From Candidatus Heimdallarchaeota archaeon (GTDB taxonomy: Archaea > Asgardarchaeota > Heimdallarchaeia > Heimdallarchaeales > Kariarchaeaceae): DNA of 26,649 bases. The notes beneath the pieces are model-generated. The model saw nothing but the letters and a program-made list of their open reading frames with translations. It searched no databases and was not told where the DNA came from. Position numbers and translations under genes: made by a program. Positions 8,058-17,582 of the stretch are shown here, piece by piece (the first letter of the stretch is position 1; each line of letters starts with the position of its first letter). The stretch lies in assembly GCA_015523565.1 (NCBI GenBank), contig WAKA01000099.1, forward strand, positions 1 through 26,649, written 5' to 3'.

Positions 8058-10463
8058 ATGAAAAAGATTTACAAATCATCACTAAGGGACCTCTATTTTC
8101 ACAAGATACGGTCATTTGTCATTGTATTTTCCATCGTAATGGTAATTTCTTTTTCCCTAGCCCTTAACAGCCTAACAATAAATTTGGAAAAGACAATGAA
8201 TGCGGAGCAAAGCAAATATAAATTGGCACATGTAAATTTTCTTTTTTCTGAACTTGTTGATCCATCAGTCAACGAAACCATCTACAACTCCATCAAGGAA
8301 TCAATTGGACGAGAACCGACTGCATCATTTGCCAGATTGTATGTCAATTCAAAATACCAAATGCCAAACAAGGAATGGATTAAAAATGTGATCATTTCTA
8401 TAGATGACAGGACTCCTGAACCCATCAACCAAATGGTCATAGATGAAGGCAGAAAACCTGTTGCCCCTGATGAGATATTATTGCTTACTTCTTTTGCAAA
8501 AGCGGCGGAAGTTCAAGTTGGTGACGAAATAAAAATGTTCGGAAAAAATGGGACTGTCACGTATAAGGTGGTTGGACTTGGCAGATCAATTGAATTCTCC
8601 TCTTTCAATATAGCCCAAACTGGTGTTATGTTTGCAACAGACAAGGGGGCATTAAGATATCTGGGTTTACCGTTGTCTTTTCAAAAAAGGAATAGTTTTG
8701 TCTATTATATCGATGAGAAAATAACACTAGATGAAGAAAAGGCAATGGTCAAAAAAGTTGAGCAGGATGTGAAGGATGATGGATATGCACCCATTGCATT
8801 TAGTTGGTTGATGAGGGAGGTCAGCTATCGTAAAAGCCTGAATGATGCATTAAAAATCACATCAAAGTACATGGCCGTTTCCACCATTTTCATATTCATG
8901 ATTGCGGGAGTTGTCATTTTTGTAGTCACCAATAGGTATGTAAATGACCAAAAGATTGTGATCGGTGCAATTTATTCTTTCGGAACGACGAAAAGGGAGA
9001 TACTTGCCTCATTCATTCTTAGATTGACCATCCTGTTCGTTATAGGCAGTTTTTTTGGTCATTTATTTGGCAGATTGTTGCTGAGAAACATAATAGATAC
9101 AATGGTACGGGAATGGGGATTGTTTGATTCACAGGCAAATGTCCCATTTGAAACTGCATTGTGGGTCACTTTAGGAGCATATCTGGTATTGATTTTCTTT
9201 AATTTCCTTGCACTTTGGAATATCTTTCGGATGACACCCTATGAAGCCATGCGTGGGAAATCCACCGAGTTGGTAAGTACTGGATTATTGATAAGGGTGT
9301 CCAAAATATTGCCGTTCAAGACTTTAAGAATGGCTTGGCGGAATCTTACACGCAACAGGACTAGATCCGCGCTTACAATAATCAGTTTCACAATTTCAAT
9401 AATATTTGCAACATCCATTCTTTTAACCCATTCAAGTGTCTTTATCAACTTGGACAATTATTTTGATACGAGTGTCCACGTGGACATCATTGCTGATGTT
9501 GGATTTCAGGACCCTACTGGGGCAGTTATTGACAATTTAAGTAAGATGCCTGAAATAGTTGAAGTTGAGCCGTATATAGAGATGTTGGCACAATTCAAGG
9601 ATCATCCTGAATACGTTGCATACTTGCGTGGTGTAGAATACAATACATCAATGTTTGACTTTGAACTGCTTGATGGTCGAGTTTTCTCTGAGGGAAGCAA
9701 TGAAGTCGTAATTTCTAAATTTGTCAAGGCAAACTATGGATTTGATATTGGAGATACAATTCCAATTGTCTTCTTTGGAGAAAACATCAACTTTACAGTG
9801 GTCGGTGTTCAAAAGGACATGTTCACCACTGCCTCAATAGTGTTTGATTTGGATTATCTTCCTAAGGTGATAAAAGATAGAACCACAGGGATTCCCTTGG
9901 AAAAATTTGGTCTGAAAATCTACAGCAATCTGCTTATCAAGACTAATGGGGATGTTGATGCTGTTGTCGACAACCTCAATCGAAACCATCCAGATATTGA
10001 AAACGCGATTTCAATCAATGTACGGCATAAATTGGTTCGTCAATTGATTGGGTCGCAAACCATCGTCATTTTTGTTCTTGTTTTCCTTGCTCTTTCTGTT
10101 GGTGCAATGACCGTTTTTACCACGCAGTTCATATCTTTGATTGAGAGAGATCGAGAATTCAGTATCCTGAGAATTTTTGGAATATTCAACAGGGAAATCC
10201 TGTATGGTGTAATGATGGAGGGATTAATCATTGTAACAATTGCCTTGACATTGGCTCTCGTCTTGAGTCGGGAGGTTGCCAATCGCATTTGGATACCGTT
10301 GGTCAACGATACCCTTCTATCAATAAAATTATTCGAAGACAATTTTATTTATATGGTCTCAGTAATCTTTAGTTTGGTCACAGTTGTTCTCTCCACACTT
10401 GTCAGTTTCAATGAATCTGTGAAAATCAAACCTTCTGAAGCAATTCGGTTTGAATTTCTATAA
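8058..10463 (+). CDS. ABC transporter permease, FtsX/MacB-like, duplicated (two extracytoplasmic domains, 2 x 4 TM)
   Basis: Two TM + large loop + 3TM halves, with RNLTRNRTRSALT, ERDREFSILRIFG and KPSEAIRFE motifs. ATG 8058 lies 1 bp after the ATPase stop and follows GGAGGGG, so it is preferred over 7998. Confidence 0.9.
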   Translation: MKKIYKSSLRDLYFHKIRSFVIVFSIVMVISFSLALNSLTINLEKTMNAEQSKYKLAHVNFLFSELVDPSVNETIYNSIKESIGREPTASFARLYVNSKYQMPNKEWIKNVIISIDDRTPEPINQMVIDEGRKPVAPDEILLLTSFAKAAEVQVGDEIKMFGKNGTVTYKVVGLGRSIEFSSFNIAQTGVMFATDKGALRYLGLPLSFQKRNSFVYYIDEKITLDEEKAMVKKVEQDVKDDGYAPIAFSWLMREVSYRKSLNDALKITSKYMAVSTIFIFMIAGVVIFVVTNRYVNDQKIVIGAIYSFGTTKREILASFILRLTILFVIGSFFGHLFGRLLLRNIIDTMVREWGLFDSQANVPFETALWVTLGAYLVLIFFNFLALWNIFRMTPYEAMRGKSTELVSTGLLIRVSKILPFKTLRMAWRNLTRNRTRSALTIISFTISIIFATSILLTHSSVFINLDNYFDTSVHVDIIADVGFQDPTGAVIDNLSKMPEIVEVEPYIEMLAQFKDHPEYVAYLRGVEYNTSMFDFELLDGRVFSEGSNEVVISKFVKANYGFDIGDTIPIVFFGENINFTVVGVQKDMFTTASIVFDLDYLPKVIKDRTTGIPLEKFGLKIYSNLLIKTNGDVDAVVDNLNRNHPDIENAISINVRHKLVRQLIGSQTIVIFVLVFLALSVGAMTVFTTQFISLIERDREFSILRIFGIFNREILYGVMMEGLIIVTIALTLALVLSREVANRIWIPLVNDTLLSIKLFEDNFIYMVSVIFSLVTVVLSTLVSFNESVKIKPSEAIRFEFL

Positions 10464-10534
10464 TGGATAATAATCAGTAAAAATAATTTGAACAGTAGGA
10501 TTTTATTTATTAATATCAATGCTGAAAGTGAATA

Positions 10535-12334
10535 GTGGTCGCTGTCAATCGTCCAATCATGCAGTCTGAATTTTCTGGATCCTACAATTATAAGACAAAC
10601 AAGAAAAGTCCAATGAGATGGGTTCTCTCCCATGTATTGCGGAATTCCCATTATTTTTTGCTCGCGATTTCATTACAAATTATTGCTTCGACCTTTCAAG
10701 CCAGCATTCCCGATGTAATAGGAAATGTTGCTGATATTTTTATCAACGGACTGATGAATGAGGGAAAATTGGCAAAATTATCATTGACTATTTTGTGGTA
10801 TGGTCTTGCTGCGGGAGGACTAATGCTATTACGTGGCGCTTTCATTGAAGTTGTTTCACAAAGAATTGAACGCGATGCCAGAGATGAGTTGTATTCCTCA
10901 TTGCTTGGAAAGAGTTTGACTTTCCATGACCAACAACAGATTGGAGATTTGATGTCAAGGGCGGCGGCAGATGTCAGGCAACTAAATCTTATGGTCAATC
11001 CTGGCTTTTTGCTTGTTTTTGCCGCAGCGGTTAATATTGTACTTCCTGTGATTTTTATCGCCAGAATCAACATTCAGTTGTTGCTTGTTCCTTTCCTTTA
11101 TTTAATTGTCTTTTTTTATGAGCTGAAACGTTATGTTGATCGATTGACCCCTGTCTCATTTCAAATGCGAATGGAAATGGCAAAGATGAGCAGTGTTTTG
11201 AATGAAACATTGACAGGTATTCAATTGGTAAGGGGAAGTGCACAGGAACACATTGAAAAAATGAAATTCTTGAAGCATGTCAAAAACTATGAGGATTTTG
11301 CTATTGAAAGTGGTAGAATCCAAGCAAGGTACCGACCAATACTTTGGCTTGGTTTGGCCACTGCTTTGGGATTGTTCCACTCTCTTTTTCTGGTTTTGAA
11401 TGGGACGATAAGTGGAGGTCAGATGGTTTCTTTCATTTTGTTGATGCAAATGTTTCGATTTCCAACGTTCATCAATATTTTTGCCCTTCTCTTTTTTACA
11501 TTAGGCAGAGCCTCAGCAGAAAGAATCCTGAACTTAATCACCGCTGAAAGCTTAATAGATGAAAATCGAGATGGATATAAAGGGATTGTCACTAAAAATG
11601 TACGATATGAGAACGTCACTTTTGGATACAATGAAAACCTTCCCGTTCTTCAGGATATTTCCTTCGAAGTGAAAATGGGTGAGACAGTGGCGTTGGTCGG
11701 AATGACTGGGTCTGGAAAGACAACGATCACCAAATTGCTGGCCAGACTTTATGATCCTCAAAAAGGTTCAATCTATGTTGATGATATTGACCTTAGGGAA
11801 TGGTCATTGGAATCATTGCGTTCCCAAATGGCAGTGGTTGAACAAGATATTTTTCTTTTTAGCCGTTCAATTAAGGACAACATAACCTTGGGGATGACTG
11901 ATATCCCTCTTGAAAAGGTGATTGATGCGGCTAAATTGGCTCAAGCGCATGAATTCATTATGGCTTTGCCTGACAAATACGATACAGTTATTGGTGAACG
12001 AGGCATTACATTGTCGGGAGGTCAACGTCAAAGAATTGCAATTGCGCGTGCAATTCTTCGCAATCCTCGCATATTGATACTTGATGACGCCTCTTCAGCC
12101 ATTGATTCAAAAACTGAAGATGAGATACAGACTGCAATCAATAATGTTCTTACAGGCAGAATCTCATTTTTGATAACACATCGCATCGCCCAAATCAGAA
12201 AAGCAGATCTCATTATCCTATTGGACAAGGGGAGAATAATAGGCAAGGGAAGCCATGAAGAGCTGATTTTAACTAATTCAAAATACAGGATGCTTTTCTC
12301 AACGTTCGATGAATTTGATCAAAAGATAAATTGA
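10535..12334 (+). CDS. Type IV ABC exporter half-transporter (TMD+NBD); subunit with the non-canonical Walker B
   Basis: 6-TM domain with GDLMSR, then GMTGSGKT, LSGGQRQR, ILILDD (Asp in place of the catalytic Glu) and ITHR. The start could be the ATG at 10559. Confidence 0.93.
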   Translation: MVAVNRPIMQSEFSGSYNYKTNKKSPMRWVLSHVLRNSHYFLLAISLQIIASTFQASIPDVIGNVADIFINGLMNEGKLAKLSLTILWYGLAAGGLMLLRGAFIEVVSQRIERDARDELYSSLLGKSLTFHDQQQIGDLMSRAAADVRQLNLMVNPGFLLVFAAAVNIVLPVIFIARINIQLLLVPFLYLIVFFYELKRYVDRLTPVSFQMRMEMAKMSSVLNETLTGIQLVRGSAQEHIEKMKFLKHVKNYEDFAIESGRIQARYRPILWLGLATALGLFHSLFLVLNGTISGGQMVSFILLMQMFRFPTFINIFALLFFTLGRASAERILNLITAESLIDENRDGYKGIVTKNVRYENVTFGYNENLPVLQDISFEVKMGETVALVGMTGSGKTTITKLLARLYDPQKGSIYVDDIDLREWSLESLRSQMAVVEQDIFLFSRSIKDNITLGMTDIPLEKVIDAAKLAQAHEFIMALPDKYDTVIGERGITLSGGQRQRIAIARAILRNPRILILDDASSAIDSKTEDEIQTAINNVLTGRISFLITHRIAQIRKADLIILLDKGRIIGKGSHEELILTNSKYRMLFSTFDEFDQKIN

Positions 12335-12335
12335 G

Positions 12336-14228
12336 GTGCAACATATGGGATTTATTTTACAAGGACTTGATAAGGAAGACTATGATAGGAACTATTCTGA
12401 TAAGGAGCTTTTGTTTCGGATACTTTCCTATTTCAACCCTTACAAAAAAGAAATGCTGATCATAACAATTGCTGTGTTCCTCTCAGCCATCAGCAATACG
12501 GTAGTTCCAATATTTATTGCAAGATCATTGGATGTAATTAAGGCAAGTCCGTCTCCTTTTTCCAAAGAGGTTCTGTTGTTGGCAGGCGGAACATTGTTCT
12601 TTGCCGCATTTGCCTTTTTCATGAATATGCTGAACCAAGAAAAAACTGCTATTGCTGTTCAGTCCGCAATTAGGGATTTAAGAAAAGATGCATTTGACCA
12701 AGTGATTGATAGGGATCTTTCATTTCTCAATTCACAACCAACTGGACGGCTTGTGTCAAGACTTACAAATGACACTAGGGATTTCGGCACCACTGTTACA
12801 TTGACAACAAATCTCATGTCTCAACTGTTATTGGTTATCTTTATTACAGGTTTCTTGTTTACCATCAGTGTAAGGCTCACATTTTTCATGTTAATGCTCA
12901 TTCCCATTGTCTTTTTCACCGCTTTGTCATTTAGAAAAGTTGCCAGAAAGGTGGCTTTGAATTCCAATAGGGTATTGGCAAGAATAAATGCATTGATTCA
13001 GGAAACAATGTCTGGAATTTTTGTGGCTAAATCATTCAGGGCAGAAAAGGCAATCTATGATGAATTTGACGAAATGAACAGGCTGTCATACAATATCAAC
13101 CTTCAAAGAGGAATAGTCTTTAATTCAATTTTCCCTATCCTGAACATTCTGACAGGAATGACAACTGCTGCAATTGTATATTTGGGAGGTCTTGAAGTCC
13201 TTAACGCAAATACCATTCTGGATTTCCTTCCAGGAAGGCAACTGACTTATGGTGAATGGTTTCTATTTCTTCAAGCCATCAATTATTTTTTCTTTCCCAT
13301 AATACAGGTTGCAAGCTTTTGGTCACAATTTCAGCAAGGACTTGCCGCATCTGAACGGGTTTTCTCTCTTATGGACGCAGAAAATACTGTCATCCAGAAT
13401 AATTCAATTGTTCCAAACCAACTCAAAGGAAAAATTGAATTTCAACATTTATGGTTTGCTTATGAACCCGAATTGTGGGTATTGACTGATTTCAATTTAT
13501 TGGTGCCTGCTGGACAAAACTTGGCCATTGTAGGTCATACGGGTGCTGGAAAGTCCACCATTGCAAAACTTATCGCAAGGTTTTATGAGTTTCAAAGGGG
13601 GAAGTTGATTATCGATGATTATGACATTCGTGACCTCAATTTAAAGGCATATCGCAAGCAACTTGCTATAATTTCTCAAGAGGTCTTCCTTTTCAATGAT
13701 TCTTTGAAAAACAATATTCTTTATGGAATAAGGGACGAAGAAAGGGAAATTGCAGAGGAAAAAATGAAAGAAATATTCCTCCAAATAGATGCATTGGATT
13801 GGGTCAATAATCTCAAGGAAGGATTTGATACAAAAGTGGGTGAACGAGGCAATCTCTTAAGCCAAGGACAAAGACAACTTGTTGCCTTGGTCAGGACATT
13901 GCTTAGGGATCCTGCAATCCTGATCATGGATGAAGCCACCAGTTCTGTAGACCCGTTTACAGAAATTCAGATACAAAGGGCCGCGAATTTGCTTATGGAA
14001 GGAAGAACATCAATTGTGATTGCACATAGGCTGTCCACTGTCAAGAAAGCAGATCGGATTATTGTGATGAAACGGGGGAAGATCATTGAATCAGGTACAC
14101 ATCAAGAACTTTTGGAAAATGGCGGTCATTATGCCGAGCTTTATGATACTTATTTCCGCCACCAATCTTTGGAATATATAGAACAAATTGCCAGATACGG
14201 TAAAAAAAGAGAGTTGGGAAGCAGGTAG
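12336..14228 (+). CDS. Type IV ABC exporter half-transporter (TMD+NBD); partner subunit
   Basis: GRLVSRLTND, GHTGAGKST, degenerate signature LSQGQRQL, ILIMDE and IAHRLST. Begins 1 bp after the previous stop. Confidence 0.93.
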   Translation: MQHMGFILQGLDKEDYDRNYSDKELLFRILSYFNPYKKEMLIITIAVFLSAISNTVVPIFIARSLDVIKASPSPFSKEVLLLAGGTLFFAAFAFFMNMLNQEKTAIAVQSAIRDLRKDAFDQVIDRDLSFLNSQPTGRLVSRLTNDTRDFGTTVTLTTNLMSQLLLVIFITGFLFTISVRLTFFMLMLIPIVFFTALSFRKVARKVALNSNRVLARINALIQETMSGIFVAKSFRAEKAIYDEFDEMNRLSYNINLQRGIVFNSIFPILNILTGMTTAAIVYLGGLEVLNANTILDFLPGRQLTYGEWFLFLQAINYFFFPIIQVASFWSQFQQGLAASERVFSLMDAENTVIQNNSIVPNQLKGKIEFQHLWFAYEPELWVLTDFNLLVPAGQNLAIVGHTGAGKSTIAKLIARFYEFQRGKLIIDDYDIRDLNLKAYRKQLAIISQEVFLFNDSLKNNILYGIRDEEREIAEEKMKEIFLQIDALDWVNNLKEGFDTKVGERGNLLSQGQRQLVALVRTLLRDPAILIMDEATSSVDPFTEIQIQRAANLLMEGRTSIVIAHRLSTVKKADRIIVMKRGKIIESGTHQELLENGGHYAELYDTYFRHQSLEYIEQIARYGKKRELGSR

Positions 14229-14447
14229 AGTCCTAAAATTTTTAGAATTGGGCAATTTTCCTCAATAACCCTAAAAATTTGTTGTCAAAATTCCATCAGT
14301 TTTTTTTCATCACCATTCTTGAATTGATGTTAAGAAACCGTTGTAAAGATTAAAATTTATCAATCTTCTAAGTAGAAGCCTTTTAAAACTAGAATGTTTA
14401 AACTCAACATGGCGGATACAGGCAAAATGCCACGATGATCCGTAGGA

Positions 14448-15950
14448 TTGATCGGAGATAAATTGAGTGCGGAACCAATTACTTTACAATCTGGTATGTG
14501 GGATGCATTTCTCATCATGTTTTTTTTAGGAATGAACTTTTTCTTTGTTGCTTCGGAATTTGCATTTGTCAGGGTTCGAGTAACACATATGACCACCTTA
14601 GCCAATCAAGGGTCTAAGCGAGCCAAAAGAGTACTTGATATCATCCATGATTTGGATAGGTCAATGTCTAGTACGCAACTAGGGATTTCTTTTGCATCTC
14701 TTGGTATTGGATTCATTGCTGAAAAGTTCTTTACAGGTATTTTGATATCCCTTATGTACCTATTGGGGGTAAATCTTGATTTGATTTCAAATATCGAGGG
14801 ATTCGGTTTTGTAATAGGTTATTTTCTTGGAACCTATTTGCATGTAGTTGTTGGTGAATTAGTGCCTAAATCAATTGCCATTAGATTTGCTGAGAAAACT
14901 GCATTGTTCTGTGCTGAACCTTTGTATTGGTTCATGAAAACCACAAATTGGTTCCTTTATCTGTTGATAGTCTCTTCAAATCTGGTGTTGCGGCTTGTTG
15001 GAATCCCTCCTGCTCAAGAAACATTTGGAGAAGTCTATTCTGAAGATGAACTGAAGCTTATAATTGAAAACAGCATTGAGGGTGGAGAATTAGAGGAATA
15101 TGAATCCAAATTGATATACAATATCTTTGAATTCACTGATACCACTGCCAAAGAAATCCTGACACCAAGACATGAAGTAGCGGCATTACCAGATACGGCT
15201 AAAATCCATGAGGTCATTGAGCTTGCAAAAAAGACAGGACATAGTCGTTTCCCTGTTTATCACGAAGAATTGGATGACATTATTGGTTTCATTCATATTA
15301 AGGATGCACTGATTTACTATGAAATGGGAAATGGCACTAAGGAGCATACCGTAAGTGAACATCTGAGACCTGTAATCACTGTTCACGAAGGCTATCCAAT
15401 AGATGACCTCCTAAAGGACATGCAAAAACAGCAGACACAAGTTGCTGTAATTGTTGATGAATATGGGAATTTGCAGGGAATAATCACTATTGAAGACATA
15501 TTGGAGGCAATTGTCGGTCCAATAAAAGATGAATTTGACAGCCTTGAAAAACAAGATGAGGAAACTACCGACGATGAGGGAATTGTTGTTGCAGGAACAA
15601 TTCCAATTGATGAATTCAATGATTTGCTCAAAAAATATAATATCAAGACAGAAATCCATCCAAAAAGTGATGTGGTTACTCTTGCGGGGTATATTCTTGA
15701 AAAACTTGAATCCAAAATTCCCAAGAAAGGGCAAGTGATTGATGATGGAAATCTATTCTTCAAAATACTGGAGATGGATAAAAACAGAATTGAAAAGGTT
15801 GAAGTCAGTGACCACCTAATCATGGCCAAACATAATTTAAATCCTAAACAAAATGAAAATAACAATGGGAACATAAAACAAAAGAATAATGAATTAAACC
15901 AAAAGAATAACGAAACCCAAGAACAGGAAAAATTGCAGGAGAATATGTGA
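14448..15950 (+). CDS. CorB/CNNM ('hemolysin family', TlyC-like) divalent cation transporter: DUF21 + CBS pair + CorC_HlyC
   Basis: FFVASEFA, QLGI, GELVPK, HSRFPVY, VDEYG, TIEDILEAIVGPIKDE and TLAGYI motifs. The start may be ATG 14496 rather than TTG 14448. Confidence 0.93.
   Translation: MIGDKLSAEPITLQSGMWDAFLIMFFLGMNFFFVASEFAFVRVRVTHMTTLANQGSKRAKRVLDIIHDLDRSMSSTQLGISFASLGIGFIAEKFFTGILISLMYLLGVNLDLISNIEGFGFVIGYFLGTYLHVVVGELVPKSIAIRFAEKTALFCAEPLYWFMKTTNWFLYLLIVSSNLVLRLVGIPPAQETFGEVYSEDELKLIIENSIEGGELEEYESKLIYNIFEFTDTTAKEILTPRHEVAALPDTAKIHEVIELAKKTGHSRFPVYHEELDDIIGFIHIKDALIYYEMGNGTKEHTVSEHLRPVITVHEGYPIDDLLKDMQKQQTQVAVIVDEYGNLQGIITIEDILEAIVGPIKDEFDSLEKQDEETTDDEGIVVAGTIPIDEFNDLLKKYNIKTEIHPKSDVVTLAGYILEKLESKIPKKGQVIDDGNLFFKILEMDKNRIEKVEVSDHLIMAKHNLNPKQNENNNGNIKQKNNELNQKNNETQEQEKLQENM
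15879..15914 (+). repeat. Short intragenic repeat with 21-bp period in the N/Q/K-rich tail of the CorB-like gene
   Basis: CAAAAGAATAATGAA (15879-15893) and CAAAAGAATAACGAA (15900-15914), encoding QKNNE twice. Confidence 0.6.
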
Positions 15951-15952
15951 AT

Positions 15953-17419
15953 TCATTCAACTGTATCCTTGAATGTGGGAGAATGCCTCATTTTTAATGT
16001 ATGTTCCATTTTATTTGCAATTGCCAACAACTTTTTCTCAGAAAATGGCAATCCCATGAAAGTACCGCCTACAGGTAGCCCCTGAACTAAGCCAATAGGT
16101 ATTGTGATTGCTGGAAAACCTGTAGTGGCGCTAAGAAATGTGGCACTGCCACTGGAGCAATCCCCATTCACTATGTCTATTAGCCATGCAGGACTGCCCG
16201 TTGGAAGAAAAATTGCATCTAATTTATTTTGAGAAAATACATTTTCTACATTGTCCCTAAGAAGTTGATAACTCTTCATTGCTTTCTGATAAATCTCAGA
16301 CTTGAATCCCTCAGTTTCCAGAGAAAGTTCAAGCCATTCCTGCCCAAAATATGGCATTACCTTGTCCGCATGTTTCCTGTTGAATTCAATCAAGTCCTCT
16401 ATGGAATTTATCCCTATTTTGGGATCCACTGATTTCAAATATTTGTTGAGGTCTATTTTATAATCAGTCAATAGTACATCCAACTCATGCAATCCATCTT
16501 CAGGTATTTTGATCTCTATGCTGTCAATTAATTTCCAACCAATCTCCTCCATTTTACGAATTGTATTTTCAACAATTGTCTTGACTTTTGGAGGAACTTC
16601 ATGGAATTGTTTTGGAATACCTACCTTTACCTCCTCTACATCAACCAGATGAAAATTTGAAAAGTCAATTTCTTTGTCTCTGCATCTTTCTGTAATTGGA
16701 TCAGTTTCATCATACCCTGCAATGGATTCAAGTGCAATTGCAGCATCTTTAACTGTCCTTGAAATTGGACCTGCTATATCTTGTGTATGCGAAATGGGAA
16801 TTATTCCTGATCTGCTTACAAGTCCCATTGTGGGTTTAATCCCTACAACTCCATTTATGTGCGATGGACATAGGATCGATCCATCAGTTTCGGTTCCAAT
16901 GGCAACAGTGCAAAAATCTGAAGAAACAGCAACAGCAGATCCTGAGCTTGATCCACATGGAGTCCTGTCCAATGCATACGGATTTCTTGTTTGTCCGCCT
17001 CGGGATGACCATCCACTAATGGATTTCTTTCCTCTGAAATTTGCCCACTCACTTAAGTTTGCCTTTCCCAAAATGATTGCCCCTGCTTGACGTAATTTCT
17101 TGACAATAAACGCATCCTTTTGGGGATGATGATTCTTTAATGCCAATGACCCCGCAGAAGTAACCATTTTATCTGCTGTGTCGATATTGTCCTTGACGAC
17201 TATTGGTATACCCTCCAAAAGCCGGAAAGGTTCTCCTTTCCTAATGCGTTTGTCTATCTCTTTTGCAATTTCAACTGCATCAGGATTTAATTCAATTATT
17301 GCATTGACTTTTCTGTCCAATTCATTAATCCTTTCCAAAAAATAATTTACCAGTTTTTCTGCTGTCAATTGATTTGTCTTGAACAATTGGTGGATTTGAC
17401 TGATTGAAAGTTCATCCAT
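15953..17419 (-). CDS. Amidase signature family enzyme (peptide amidase-like)
   Basis: GIPIVVKDNID (catalytic Lys), GKANLSEWANF, GSSSGS and GTETDGSI; the Ser-cisSer-Lys triad is intact. Confidence 0.95.
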   Translation of the reverse strand: MDELSISQIHQLFKTNQLTAEKLVNYFLERINELDRKVNAIIELNPDAVEIAKEIDKRIRKGEPFRLLEGIPIVVKDNIDTADKMVTSAGSLALKNHHPQKDAFIVKKLRQAGAIILGKANLSEWANFRGKKSISGWSSRGGQTRNPYALDRTPCGSSSGSAVAVSSDFCTVAIGTETDGSILCPSHINGVVGIKPTMGLVSRSGIIPISHTQDIAGPISRTVKDAAIALESIAGYDETDPITERCRDKEIDFSNFHLVDVEEVKVGIPKQFHEVPPKVKTIVENTIRKMEEIGWKLIDSIEIKIPEDGLHELDVLLTDYKIDLNKYLKSVDPKIGINSIEDLIEFNRKHADKVMPYFGQEWLELSLETEGFKSEIYQKAMKSYQLLRDNVENVFSQNKLDAIFLPTGSPAWLIDIVNGDCSSGSATFLSATTGFPAITIPIGLVQGLPVGGTFMGLPFSEKKLLAIANKMEHTLKMRHSPTFKDTVE

Positions 17420-17547
17420 GTTTACTTTACGTTATAATCATATATCTGCATTTTTCCAAAACGAATTGTTGAAACTTAAAAAAAAATATTTCCCAATGCA
17501 TTTTTATTTATTTGTTCTATTTTTTCAATAGGAATATGGTAAATTCA

Positions 17548-17572
17548 ATAACGTTTTAAATATAACGTTGAA
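17548..17572 (+). promoter_or_regulatory. Archaeal TATA-like box flanked by repeated ATAACGTT motifs
   Basis: TTTAAATA (17555-17562) lies ~20-28 nt upstream of ATG 17583, consistent with a leaderless transcript. ATAACGTT occurs at 17548-17555 and 17562-17569. Confidence 0.5.
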
Positions 17573-17582
17573 AATATGAGAA

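Noticed and set aside
14436-14438. In-frame TGA as a selenocysteine codon
   Set aside because: It is not in a redox or Cys-equivalent context, I recognised no SECIS-like element, and CorB/CNNM proteins are not known selenoproteins.
14448-15950. Hemolysin toxin / virulence factor
   Set aside because: 'Hemolysin family' is a legacy label; the DUF21-CBS-CorC architecture indicates a Mg2+/divalent cation transporter.
15953-17419. GatA subunit of Glu-tRNA amidotransferase, suggested by proximity to leuS
   Set aside because: It has ANLSEWANF and GTETDGS rather than the GatA-type NMDEFAMG and GSDTGGS, and no gatB/gatC is adjacent.
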